29,315 bases of DNA from Candidatus Latescibacterota bacterium (GCA_038279365.1 JAYODI010000073.1:1-29315); one strand, 5' to 3'; positions 9,376 to 19,017 are shown, numbered from the stretch's first letter. Notes: generated from the sequence alone by a model not told the origin. Numbers and translations: made by a program.

Positions 9376-9490
9376 AAAGATCAAAGGCTTCATGAAATCA
9401 TTATCAATGCATTGAAGCAACTTACATTATTTAAAAATTTGTTTCCAAAAACAATCTTTTATTCACCTGTGTTTTAACACCATTTTCAAA

Positions 9491-11140
9491 TTAGAATGGC
9501 CAAACCCAAGCGTGGCCAAATGTGCGCGCATTTTCGGAAGCGTCAAATAATTCATCAAGGGCGCGTTCTTTTTCGAGGACAAGGGTTTCGGGAGGTTGTA
9601 CTTCGTCCTCTAATTGATGCCCCAAAATGGCTTCGTGGGGAATGTCTACATTGCCCACCACAATAGTCCATTTATAACGCCCAGGTTGGGGTGGTGCAGG
9701 CAAGTCGACACGCACATAATCCCATTCGACCAAGGCATCGGCTTCGTACCAAACGTGCTCGCTGTTTTCCAACTCGGCCAAGAGATAGACTTCAGAACCG
9801 TCGGGTGCGCCCACATAAACGGCGTTGTTGCGGTTGGCAGTGGTGATTTGGGGTAAGATCGTCCAAACGGGACTGCCGTCTTCAATGGTTTGGTAAGGGC
9901 CTTTGTTGTTTTGGAGAGTGAATTGACTCCAAAGGCGACCTGTGGGTAAGGGGTCCGTGGATTTGCCAAACTGTTTGAGCATAAATAATTCAAAGGCATT
10001 TTCAATGCTGGGAAAATTGCTGTGTGTGCCACCCAATGTGAATTCGGCAAAATAGGGGATGTGTTTTTCTTCTAAGGCTTGAACAAAGTCAAACCCTTCT
10101 TGTGGGCCCACCCTGGGATCGTGTGTGCTCCACCCCAAGGCCAAATAGACATCTTTGTATTTGTCGATGAAGGCAATGGGTGATCGTGTTTTCATGGTGT
10201 CGGGGTTTTGAGAGCCTGCCATACAGTCTCTGAGAATAGACATTTGGCGATCATGTTCTTCGCCGGGTAGCCAACTTGAGTTGCGATTGGGCGATAATTC
10301 TTTGGCGACCAAGTTGCCCAATATGGGAAAGGTGCCATTGGGTTGATAACCAATGGTGCCATAGTTGGTAGGGGCGGCGTGGGCAAAAATGGCGGCGGTT
10401 TTGTAGTTGAGGTTGAGCGGGTTTGCACCCCACATAAGTGCGGATGCCGCACCGCGTGATTTGCCTGCAAAGACGAGGCGCTGGTCGTTGATGTGAAAAT
10501 GCTGTTTGGCAAAGGTGATGCCTTCACCGACTGATTTGAGAACGTCGGGATGGTTGCCTTGTGATTCGCGCCCACCTTGATTGACAAATGCCACAATAAA
10601 TGGATGCCCAGCCATACCTGCTTTGGCAACAGCTTCGGGTAACTTGAGTGGGCCACCTCCACCGTATGCTGTGCTGTTGTTGGAGGCGCTTCCGGTGCGA
10701 CCTGAGATGACGAAGATGTAATCGTTTTGTTCTTTGTTCCAGTTTGGGCCAATGAAAAATGTCCAGAGTGATTTGCCAATGATGATGTTGTTGATGACTT
10801 GCAAACGGGCCACGTTAGACTTGAGGCTGTCGATGTGGTTGTAGATGTCAACGGGACAGTCACCGGCTTTTTCCCAACGGCGTACTGATCGAATGACGCG
10901 GTCTTTGGAGGGTGCGGTGTGGTCGGTTGTAACCGCGCTAAAGTTGCCCCACCCTGGTGAGTCTTTTCGATTTTTGTCGGCTTGGGTGTCACCCTGTTTT
11001 GGATAGTGGGTGACGATGGGAAATTCAATGTGTGAATCGTAGTGTGGTTTTTCACCGCAGCCGATGAACAGGAGGATGACACAGATCATTCTCCAAAACG
11101 GTAAGTTAAGATTTTTTTTCTTTTCTTCTGTCCTGATCAC
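9491..11140 (-). CDS. Putative lipoprotein with alpha/beta-hydrolase domain and a C-terminal beta-rich domain
   Basis: Basic N-terminus, hydrophobic stretch and lipobox-like FIG-C. Nucleophile elbow FAGKSRG, candidate Asp (WSTHDP) and His (GGTHS). GTG start overlaps the upstream stop (GTGA). Confidence 0.65.
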   Translation of the reverse strand: MIRTEEKKKNLNLPFWRMICVILLFIGCGEKPHYDSHIEFPIVTHYPKQGDTQADKNRKDSPGWGNFSAVTTDHTAPSKDRVIRSVRRWEKAGDCPVDIYNHIDSLKSNVARLQVINNIIIGKSLWTFFIGPNWNKEQNDYIFVISGRTGSASNNSTAYGGGGPLKLPEAVAKAGMAGHPFIVAFVNQGGRESQGNHPDVLKSVGEGITFAKQHFHINDQRLVFAGKSRGAASALMWGANPLNLNYKTAAIFAHAAPTNYGTIGYQPNGTFPILGNLVAKELSPNRNSSWLPGEEHDRQMSILRDCMAGSQNPDTMKTRSPIAFIDKYKDVYLALGWSTHDPRVGPQEGFDFVQALEEKHIPYFAEFTLGGTHSNFPSIENAFELFMLKQFGKSTDPLPTGRLWSQFTLQNNKGPYQTIEDGSPVWTILPQITTANRNNAVYVGAPDGSEVYLLAELENSEHVWYEADALVEWDYVRVDLPAPPQPGRYKWTIVVGNVDIPHEAILGHQLEDEVQPPETLVLEKERALDELFDASENARTFGHAWVWPF

Positions 11141-12084
11141 GACACGTTCTCCGCTAATAGTTCTATTACAAAATCACCAAATGTCAGGTTTGTGTTTTGG
11201 CTGAGTTGTTTGACATATCGGTGGTGTAGCTGTTGATATGTGTTCATGGGTAATTCTAAACCGCCGTAGTCAAATACGGGAACGGTGCGGGTGTGATCAA
11301 ATTGTTCTTTTATCCAGTTTGGTATGGTGACTGTTTCGCTTTTGGGGATGGGTGAATCGAAGATCTCTCGTTGGGCATTTTCGCCTAAAAAGCCATTTAG
11401 ATTTTCATTACTCAATAATTCGCTTAACCAGTTTTGACACGTGGGCATGGTTTCATTGCGCCAATACAAGACAGGACATTCACTGCCCCACATGATGCGA
11501 TCATAACCTGCCAATTCTATAACGCGTTCGACCCACGGTTTGAGGTCTTCGTGCGGATAGGGTTCTTGGCTGCCTAAGCCACCGTGACGGGAGAAGATGG
11601 GGAAGAAGCGAGGGTGTTTCAGTAAGTCAATGAGGGCACCGTCGATATTGGCAACATTGGGTGATAAGAAGTGTGGGGCGAATACTTTTCCGTTGGGATA
11701 TTTTTCTAACCAGTTGATGTGCGTTTGGGCCAGTGTGCCCCCACTGCGCAATCCAATGGCGTAGATCCAACGATCTGATTCACCAATTTGGGTGAGGATC
11801 TCTGGTAGGCATTCATTGCCTTGGAGACGCATGGCTATGACACCCGCTTGTAGGAGTATTTCTGTGCTTTCAATTTGTTGGGCGGGTGTGTTACCAAATG
11901 GGATTCCGACACCACGAATGCGATTGCTGTGTTGTTGTATGGCTTGGATCAATGTTTCAAAGTCGGGCACCTGCGGGCCTAAGACCAAGACAGATTTTTG
12001 GATGTTGTAGAGGTCTGCAATGGTGAGCGCCTCTTCTGCTGTGCCAAAACGTGGTAAGCCCACGTGACAATATGCGTCGATCAA
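11137..12084 (-). CDS. Amidohydrolase_2 family protein, atypical metal ligands
   Basis: N-terminal IDAYCH, PYPHEDLKPWV and GYDRIMWGSECP match the amidohydrolase-2 pattern. TTG start with AAGGA RBS. Confidence 0.7.
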   Translation of the reverse strand: MIDAYCHVGLPRFGTAEEALTIADLYNIQKSVLVLGPQVPDFETLIQAIQQHSNRIRGVGIPFGNTPAQQIESTEILLQAGVIAMRLQGNECLPEILTQIGESDRWIYAIGLRSGGTLAQTHINWLEKYPNGKVFAPHFLSPNVANIDGALIDLLKHPRFFPIFSRHGGLGSQEPYPHEDLKPWVERVIELAGYDRIMWGSECPVLYWRNETMPTCQNWLSELLSNENLNGFLGENAQREIFDSPIPKSETVTIPNWIKEQFDHTRTVPVFDYGGLELPMNTYQQLHHRYVKQLSQNTNLTFGDFVIELLAENVS

Positions 12085-12166
12085 TTTGATGTCCTTTAAT
12101 CCGTGAGGATCAACAAATCTGCCTCAGTATGTTGATACCCACATTTGCGATAAAACAGATTTTAAG

Positions 12167-13024
12167 TTAGTCCACATACCGTTTATGCAGTTTGTCTAAG
12201 GAAATGCGTCCATCTGTATTTTCGACAATGGCCACGTTTTGTTCAACAATGGCGACATCGCGCATGCCCACCAGTGCGACATCTACCAATTCATTTGATA
12301 GAACAAATTGCAATAAGGCGGGTGTGTAGTCAAATCTGTTGTTTGGGTTGACCATGTCAATCCACGTTTGTAAGGTGCCCGATGTCATGGATCGCATGGT
12401 GACCACACCCATTTGGGCCTTGTCGGCTTCTAAGATGCTGCCAAAAGGACGGCTGGGTTCATAGGGGTGTTGGTAGATGAAGTTATAACATATTTGCATG
12501 ACGTCAAAACGGTTGCTGCGAATAAAATGGTAGACGGCGTCATTGGTGTCTTCGCTGGTGAAGCCAATATATTTGAGAAGGCCTTCTTCTCGCAATGTTT
12601 CTAACTGATCGAGCATACCGCCATCGCCCAATATTTTGTCGGTGAGTTCGGGTGTGTAGCTTGAACCGTGAATTTGTACCAGATCGACACTATCGCGGCG
12701 CAGACGTTTGAGGCTGTCTTCGATGGATTTACGCGCATTGTCGGTTTGACGAGGGACTTTGGTGGCCAAAAAGATTTCGTTTCCAACACCCTCTAATGCT
12801 TCGCCAAACATGGCTTCACTGGCTCCCAAACCATATCCTGGTGCGGTGTCGAAATAGGTGATGCCCAATTCCAACGCTTTGTGAATGGCGGCAATAACCC
12901 CTGCACGTTGTTCGGCGTTTTCGGGGTCATAGACTTCCAAATAATTTTTCAATCCAGCAGTGGCCCCACCAAAACCCAAACGACTCACTTTTTGACCCGT
13001 GCGACCCAATGTGGTGTATTCCAT
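12167..13024 (-). CDS. Aldo/keto reductase
   Basis: LGRTGQKVSRLGFG, GITYFDTAPGYG, FLATK, SLKRLRRDSVDLVQIH (D-Y-K-H tetrad). Confidence 0.93.
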   Translation of the reverse strand: MEYTTLGRTGQKVSRLGFGGATAGLKNYLEVYDPENAEQRAGVIAAIHKALELGITYFDTAPGYGLGASEAMFGEALEGVGNEIFLATKVPRQTDNARKSIEDSLKRLRRDSVDLVQIHGSSYTPELTDKILGDGGMLDQLETLREEGLLKYIGFTSEDTNDAVYHFIRSNRFDVMQICYNFIYQHPYEPSRPFGSILEADKAQMGVVTMRSMTSGTLQTWIDMVNPNNRFDYTPALLQFVLSNELVDVALVGMRDVAIVEQNVAIVENTDGRISLDKLHKRYVD

Positions 13025-13041
13025 TTTGATGCCCTCTATCG

Positions 13042-14139
13042 CTATAGCGGAACAACAAATACAGCTGCTTTACCTGATTTGTCGGAGGTGTAAATAATGT
13101 GATTGCCCGAAAAGTCATAAGCGGGATGTACGTGTCCGACCAGACCATCTACCAAACTTGAATTGGGCCAACACAAGATCTCACTTTTTCCAGTTTCCAA
13201 ATTGATTTCGTAGAGTTCGTTTCCTGTAGAATCTTGCACATCGCTGACAATGCGTTTTCCATCTTGTGAAATGTTGGAATGGCCCAACTTTCGATCTTGT
13301 GAGACAAAGTGGTCTTGAAAGTCTTCACCATTGATGTCGATAGACGAGATGCTTGTTGGCGTCCAGTTTGGTGTCGATTTTTTGTGGAAATACAACCGAC
13401 CATCAGGGCCCCAATATTCATGTGTCGCACGATAACCTTGAGGCATGACCAAAAATGGTTCGGCTTTTCCTGTATTGATATCTAATTTCCAAGCACGGGC
13501 TCTGTTTTCTCGTGATTCGTTTGGGTTGTTTTGAAAGTCGGGTAAAATGACAAAAGACAGGGCATATCCTGGGGCCGTTGCACCCAATGTGTGCGACAAG
13601 TTGCGATTGGGTATATCCAATTGATAAATCTTTTCCAATGTACCGCCTTCATAAGGTACATGTGCAAAACCCTGTCGTTCTTTTGCATCTACAAACCGGC
13701 AGATGAGCATGGTTCCATCACCCGATAAGGTGGGTGACCCTACGGGTTTCAAATTGGGATCATCAGAATGTGTAATCTGTCGTTCTTCTAAGGAATGCAG
13801 ATCAATGGCGCAATACCCATTTCCATCACGGAAAACCACTTCACGACCATTGGGGTGCACATTGTAACGTGTGATGGTTTTGTCGTCTTCACCAATTTTT
13901 GATCGGTCTGTTAATTGATGTGTTTCACCCGTTTCGATTGTTAAACGATATAACTCATATGCGCCTGTACGGTCTGATGCAAATGCCAAATATTTGCCAT
14001 CTTTTGTAAATGCTTTCAAATACATATAAGTGGCCAAACAATGGCATTCGGGCCAACTGGTCATTTGCCATACTTCACGCCCTGTTTTTTCATCTGTGAA
14101 AACGGTGCGATTGCTTTGTAACACATCACCTTTTGCCAT
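13042..14139 (-). CDS. Oligogalacturonate lyase (PL22)-like / TolB-like beta-propeller protein
   Basis: FTDEKTGREVWQMT, FTKDGKYLAFASDRTG, THEYW, GHVHPAY..SG..IIYTSDKSG; no signal peptide. Confidence 0.7.
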   Translation of the reverse strand: MAKGDVLQSNRTVFTDEKTGREVWQMTSWPECHCLATYMYLKAFTKDGKYLAFASDRTGAYELYRLTIETGETHQLTDRSKIGEDDKTITRYNVHPNGREVVFRDGNGYCAIDLHSLEERQITHSDDPNLKPVGSPTLSGDGTMLICRFVDAKERQGFAHVPYEGGTLEKIYQLDIPNRNLSHTLGATAPGYALSFVILPDFQNNPNESRENRARAWKLDINTGKAEPFLVMPQGYRATHEYWGPDGRLYFHKKSTPNWTPTSISSIDINGEDFQDHFVSQDRKLGHSNISQDGKRIVSDVQDSTGNELYEINLETGKSEILCWPNSSLVDGLVGHVHPAYDFSGNHIIYTSDKSGKAAVFVVPL

Positions 14140-14174
14140 ATTTGTCTCACAAAATAAAGGCCGCGTCAGCGGCT

Positions 14175-14630
14175 TTAAATGGTGTTGAAATGAGGTACTG
14201 CATCTAAAAATTGATACGTATTTTTTTCGCGATTAATTTGACAGCAATAGTGTTGTAAGCCATTTGTAACGACCAAAAAATCTGCTTGTACAACGGTATT
14301 ATAACGTCCAATTTGATCAAAGACAGTCTGTTTGAGTTTGACCTCAGGGGCTTTGCATTCGGCCATGAGCAAAGCTTTGCCTTGTTTGTTGTAAATCAGT
14401 ACATCTGCCCGACATTGCATGCCTTGAAACACAAACCCCGTTTCAATGGCCGTGCGCCCACTGGGGTATGCCAAGTCTTCAATGAGGTAACGCACAAAGT
14501 TTTGACGCACCCATTCTTCGGGTGTAAGAGCCACATATTTGTGGCGAAGGGTGTCCAAAATCATTTCGCGTCCGTCGCGTATCACAATGTCAAAATTGTA
14601 ATGAGTCGGAAAATTGAGAGGTTCAGGCAT
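14175..14630 (-). CDS. Stand-alone type I restriction enzyme HsdR N-terminal domain protein (HSDR_N_2)
   Basis: LTPEEWVRQ, RADVLIY, AECKAP, QIGRYN and VVTNGLQH motifs. Confidence 0.9.
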   Translation of the reverse strand: MPEPLNFPTHYNFDIVIRDGREMILDTLRHKYVALTPEEWVRQNFVRYLIEDLAYPSGRTAIETGFVFQGMQCRADVLIYNKQGKALLMAECKAPEVKLKQTVFDQIGRYNTVVQADFLVVTNGLQHYCCQINREKNTYQFLDAVPHFNTI

Positions 14631-15927
14631 CAGGTCCAGTTTTGAGATCGGTTATAGATGCACCCGCACCTTTGGCCGTGCTTTCAGGGTTGGGTTGGTG
14701 ATCTTTGGACAATTGAGGATCGGCAATAACATTACCCTCTGTTTCTAAAACAGAAGCATTGTCCGTAGCATAAAACCAGTTTTGCGTGATCATATTGTCG
14801 GGCGCCTGATCTATTTTGACCACGTCACCTTGGTTGCCAATAACAATATTTTTGACAATTTGGTTGCCATATGGTGCAATGGTGGCAATGCCTTTTTCAC
14901 CCGCGTCGCTGTTTTTTGAAGAGCCAACGTAGAGGCCAACGGCACCCGAGTTGATCACCGTATTGTTTTTGATGAGACAATGGCCTACAGCTTGATAATG
15001 CCCACCCAATTCTTTGGTCATGCCATATCGCAGTTGAATGCCCACCTTTTGGCTGTTGATAATGAGGTTGTTTTCAACGCGATGATGGGTGCCTGATAAG
15101 CGGATGCCACCCGTGCAGTTTTCAAAGCGATTGCCCTCAATGGTGCAATGTGAAGCACCGCGCATAACGAGCTCACCTTTGCAATCCTTAAAAAGATTAT
15201 GGCGATAAATGTTGCGGGAACTTTTGTTGCTGATGATTTCTATTTCGCCATCACAGCGCAAGAAGGTGTTGTGTTCCACAATACTCATAGGCGAAAACCA
15301 TCCCCAGGTGGGTTGGTTTTGGCCAATTTGGATGGTTTCTCTGCCATTGCCCGAAGGAATAGGAGGCACATCCTGAAAGAGGTTGTGATCAATGCGGGTG
15401 CGCATGGGTGATTTTTCACCGCGTACAGAAATTTGAATGGATCGCGCTTCAGGTTTGATAAAACGACAATGATCAATCCGACAACCCACAGACTGGCCTT
15501 TAATACCAATGACAGGTGCCCGGCCAAACGCGCCTTCAAAAACACAAGCCGTGACGCGTACATCGAGTGCGTTTTCTAACAACACACAACTGTCTAAGAG
15601 CCGACAGTCTTCAAAACGAAAACCTTGAATGATAATGTATGAACCCAACACTTTAAATGTACTTTCATCAGTAAATGTCACACCTTGTGGCGTTTGTGCA
15701 CGAATCATGATGGGTGCATTTTCTTTACCCTTACAAGATAGGGTCACGTCCCAATCGGCGTACAAACCATTATCAATGACAATTTCATCGCCAGGTTTGG
15801 CTTGATCAATGGCTGTTTGAAATTCTGTTTCTGATGTCACCATGATAGCACTCTCTTTTGTGTCTGCGACTTTTAATTGGAAGATAAAGATGAAAACAAA
15901 CACATACCTCAATATTGTTTTTGTCAT
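14623..15927 (-). CDS. Polysaccharide lyase family 6 (chondroitinase B / alginate lyase-like beta-helix), secreted
   Basis: Signal peptide; AKPGDEIVIDNG, RIDHN, NGRETIQIG, CDGEIEIISNKS and GGIRLSG match PL6. Confidence 0.85.
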   Translation of the reverse strand: MTKTILRYVFVFIFIFQLKVADTKESAIMVTSETEFQTAIDQAKPGDEIVIDNGLYADWDVTLSCKGKENAPIMIRAQTPQGVTFTDESTFKVLGSYIIIQGFRFEDCRLLDSCVLLENALDVRVTACVFEGAFGRAPVIGIKGQSVGCRIDHCRFIKPEARSIQISVRGEKSPMRTRIDHNLFQDVPPIPSGNGRETIQIGQNQPTWGWFSPMSIVEHNTFLRCDGEIEIISNKSSRNIYRHNLFKDCKGELVMRGASHCTIEGNRFENCTGGIRLSGTHHRVENNLIINSQKVGIQLRYGMTKELGGHYQAVGHCLIKNNTVINSGAVGLYVGSSKNSDAGEKGIATIAPYGNQIVKNIVIGNQGDVVKIDQAPDNMITQNWFYATDNASVLETEGNVIADPQLSKDHQPNPESTAKGAGASITDLKTGPDA

Positions 15928-15929
15928 GG

Positions 15930-16925
15930 TTAAAATCTAAACCGTTCAAATTTTAAATGATCGTACGGGGTGTCTTGGCCAGCCTCATAAAAACAAGCAA
16001 CATCCCCATTGGGAAATGTGGTCAAACAAGAATAGGCTGATGGGCCTTTATGAAGCACTTTTTCTTGTGCCCAATGGATACCACCATTTTCACTTAGACG
16101 AACCGTCATATTTTCACGTGGACCTCGATTTGGGTTGGGCGCACCATTGTAAGCTGGGTTTGAAAACAAAACGCGATTGCCACCTGCACCGATGAAACTG
16201 GCTTGGCATTTGGGGCAAATGAGGTGGGTGTCATGTTCAATGGACGTCCAGGTGTGCCCTCCATCTTGGCTTGTTGATGTGGCGCGGTATCCTTCGCTGT
16301 GGTTTTGCATGCGGATATCCATTTTAAGTGTTCCATCTGCCAATTCAACCACTTGACATTCATTGGCACCAGGTTGAATGACAGCACTAAGGTGCCACGT
16401 TTTTCCATGGTCATCGCTATAAATAGCATGTGAGCCATTGCCATAGGTTTTGTCGTTGCGGTGGTCACACGGCATGACCAACCGACCTTTATATTGACTG
16501 TTTTGAAGTTGGATGCCCACACCTGGCCCAGTGGCATACCAACCCCAATCGGGTTTTTTAACGGACAATGTGATATCAATTGGAGCCGACCACGTGAGAC
16601 CATCATCATTGCTGTGGGTCATGAGCACATCGTTGTTGTCTCGGCAAAATGACATCCAAATAGTACCTGTGTCTTGGTCAATAACGGGGCACGGGTTGCC
16701 AATCGTAATTTCACCCGGTTCACCATAAACAACTTGCTGAGCCGACCAAGTTTTGCCCCCATCTTCTGAGCGTTTAACCAAAAGGTCAATATCGCCATGA
16801 TCACGCCGATTGTTGCGACGCCCTTCGCAAAAGGCAAGCAAGGTTTCCGATTGGGTGAGGATAATAGATGGAATGCGGTATGAATGATATCCGTCATTTC
16901 CACTGGTAAATACATTGACTTTCAT
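15930..16925 (-). CDS. Sialidase family (GH33, BNR/Asp-box) glycoside hydrolase
   Basis: YRIP motif, EGRR, Asp-boxes SEDGGKTW, SNDDGLTW, SDDHGKTW, SQDGGHTW, SENGGIHW, NEC and SAYS; no signal peptide. Confidence 0.92.
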   Translation of the reverse strand: MKVNVFTSGNDGYHSYRIPSIILTQSETLLAFCEGRRNNRRDHGDIDLLVKRSEDGGKTWSAQQVVYGEPGEITIGNPCPVIDQDTGTIWMSFCRDNNDVLMTHSNDDGLTWSAPIDITLSVKKPDWGWYATGPGVGIQLQNSQYKGRLVMPCDHRNDKTYGNGSHAIYSDDHGKTWHLSAVIQPGANECQVVELADGTLKMDIRMQNHSEGYRATSTSQDGGHTWTSIEHDTHLICPKCQASFIGAGGNRVLFSNPAYNGAPNPNRGPRENMTVRLSENGGIHWAQEKVLHKGPSAYSCLTTFPNGDVACFYEAGQDTPYDHLKFERFRF

Positions 16926-17015
16926 GATTAAGTCTCCTTATCTCACAAGCCATAATGTCGTTGGTTTTTAGGCTTGTTCTATAGGATTTTTTTGTGGCGT
17001 TTTTTGCTTATAAAA

Positions 17016-18455
17016 TTAAATGGGTTGTGGATAGGTGCGTTGCCAACCGCCGCGCCCAAATTCCAAATCATCCCAACTGGCATTGACCAGTTTTTCAGCA
17101 TGAGCTGCATTGATAGACCGCATGGTTTGTGCGGTGAGTTCTGCATCCAATTTCCGAAATGTTTTGAAGCACGCTGGGTCGTCTATGCGATTGTTTTGTT
17201 CGCCAGGATCTTCTTTGACATTGAACAATTGAACAACGCCCGTTGTGTATTTGGACAGCTTCCATTCGCCATCGTAGATCATGCAACCACCACCTAAAAA
17301 TCCATAGACGCGATCTCGAATGGGTGCATCAATTCCCAGTTCGGGCAGCGGTATCGAATCGAAGTATTTTGGAATGTCACACCCGCCATAGTGCAAAATG
17401 GTAGCGGTGATGTCTTCGATGCTCACTGGCCCATCCCATACTTTGCCTTCGGTGGCCCAAGGTAGGTGGACAATGAGTGGCACTTTGATACTGGATTCAT
17501 AGAAAGTGCCCTTGCCAATAAGACCGTGATCTCCCAAATAATCGCCATGATCACTGCAAAAAATAATAACCGTGTTATCTAATTGCCCACTCTTTTCCAG
17601 TGCATCAAAAATGTCGCCAATTTTGTTGTCAATTTGTTTGACAAGGCCAGCGTAGTGCGCGCGAATTTTCTTTTTGTGCGCGGTGGTAAACTCAGTGTAG
17701 TCCACACCATTCCATTCACTTTTGTTGCCGTTGATATTGCCTTGGCGAAAGTGTTGGGGTTGGTCGGGTGATTCGGGAACGGGTTCGGGCATGTCGTTGG
17801 GATCGTATAAATTTTCAAATCCGGGTGAGGGATCATAAGGACAGTGTGGGCCAGGGAAACCGACCATCATGGCAAAGGGTTTTTCACCATTGTGATTGCG
17901 AATGTATTGGGCGGCTTCTTCGCCTACAAAATAATCCCAAGAATGTTCGTAGGGCAAACGACTGACAATGGCGCCTCGGTTTTCTTGATAGCCTTCGTGT
18001 TCGTTGCCGTGAAATTTTTTGAGGCCGTTTGCTTTTAGGTGTCGGTCATAATCGTCTTCTATGTTGATCCACCGTTTGTCTTCACAAATGACACGGTGTT
18101 GAAAGCCCATAGACATTTCCCACGGATAAAAGTGCATTTTGCCAATGGCTGATGTGTCGTAACCGGCTTCGTTTAAATGCTCGGGCCAGACTTTCATCCC
18201 ACATTGAGCCAAGTCGGGGCGTAAAAATTGCCCATTGCCCAAAACACCTGTGCGAATGGCGTTGACACCGGCTAATAAAACGGATCGGGCAGGTACACAA
18301 ATGGGTGATGGTGTGCAGGCATTTGAATAGCGCACGCCTTTTTGCGCCAAGCGATCTATGTTGGGTGTGTCGATAAAATCGGCACCATAACACCCCAAAA
18401 AATCGGCACGTAATTGATCGGGCATGAGAAATAGGATGTTGGGTTTATTGGTCAT
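17016..18455 (-). CDS. Sulfatase (formylglycine-dependent, Cys type)
   Basis: PNILFLMPDQLR, TPNIDRLA, CVPARS (CxPxR), GKMH, PHCP, SDHGD. ATG 18455 has an AGAGGA RBS; the track start is 18476. Confidence 0.93.
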   Translation of the reverse strand: MTNKPNILFLMPDQLRADFLGCYGADFIDTPNIDRLAQKGVRYSNACTPSPICVPARSVLLAGVNAIRTGVLGNGQFLRPDLAQCGMKVWPEHLNEAGYDTSAIGKMHFYPWEMSMGFQHRVICEDKRWINIEDDYDRHLKANGLKKFHGNEHEGYQENRGAIVSRLPYEHSWDYFVGEEAAQYIRNHNGEKPFAMMVGFPGPHCPYDPSPGFENLYDPNDMPEPVPESPDQPQHFRQGNINGNKSEWNGVDYTEFTTAHKKKIRAHYAGLVKQIDNKIGDIFDALEKSGQLDNTVIIFCSDHGDYLGDHGLIGKGTFYESSIKVPLIVHLPWATEGKVWDGPVSIEDITATILHYGGCDIPKYFDSIPLPELGIDAPIRDRVYGFLGGGCMIYDGEWKLSKYTTGVVQLFNVKEDPGEQNNRIDDPACFKTFRKLDAELTAQTMRSINAAHAEKLVNASWDDLEFGRGGWQRTYPQPI

Positions 18456-18984
18456 GGCTGTCCTCTTGTTTTGCACTTGTGGGATAATTATCGTCTATGT
18501 CCCAATTGCTTGGATTGTTTTCTATGTATTTGCGAATGCGATTTAAATCATTATCATCGCGAATGATATGCTCGTAATAATTGCGTTGCCAAAACCGCAT
18601 GCCTGAAACATTTCTTTTCTGATTTATTTCTTTTGTGGATTGATATTTGAAATATGCGATTACATTGCCCAATTTGGGCGAGGGTGAGGGCGAGGGGACC
18701 TCGCCCCTACGGTCCGTTTCGATTATGATAATACCATGTAGATGGTTTGGCATTACAATCCATTCATCTATACGAACGGTTGGAAAATGATTTGGAATAT
18801 CCAACCACCATTTTGATACCAAATCACCCAAATGTGTCAAAACCATTTTATTATTTGTTATTTCCCCAAAAACACATTCGCGGTTTTGTGTACAAATGGT
18901 TACAAAATATGCACCAGATTGAGAATAGTCATATCCTTTTAATCGAATTGAACGGCGATGGTGTTTAAAAGAATCATAAGGCAT
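18445..18984 (-). mobile_element. REP-associated tyrosine transposase (RAYT; IS200/Y1 HUH family)
   Basis: HHRRSIRLKGYDYSQ.GAYFVTICT, MPNHLHGII (HUH), WQRNYYEHIIR and YIENNP (catalytic Tyr). GTAG palindromes adjoin it; sampled lines are AT-richer than the neighbours. Confidence 0.92.
18688..18710 (-). repeat. REP (GTAG-GGGCGAGG-TCC-CCTCGCCC) inside the RAYT coding sequence
   Basis: GTAG tetranucleotide plus perfect 8-bp stem; translated as RRGEVPSP. Confidence 0.85.
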
Positions 18985-18994
18985 AAAAATCACC

Positions 18995-19017
18995 GTAGGG
19001 GCAGGGTCCCCCTGCCC
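18995..19017 (+). repeat. REP (GTAG-GGGCAGGG-TCC-CCCTGCCC) immediately upstream of the RAYT
   Basis: GTAG plus perfect 8-bp stem, 10 nt from the RAYT ATG. Confidence 0.88.

Noticed and set aside
10192-11082. 296-aa same-strand alternative-frame ORF inside the lipoprotein gene
   Set aside because: S/T/P-rich with no recognisable motif; explained by the host gene's C-ending codon bias suppressing stops in the shifted frame.
12103-12142. Imperfect intergenic hairpin between AKR and amidohydrolase (similar ones at 14157-14176 and 25934-25950)
   Set aside because: Short or mismatched stems without shared sequence; cannot be told apart from weak terminators or chance.
14175-14630. Complete type I restriction-modification system
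   Set aside because: Only the N-terminal domain is present; no helicase, hsdM or hsdS in the window.
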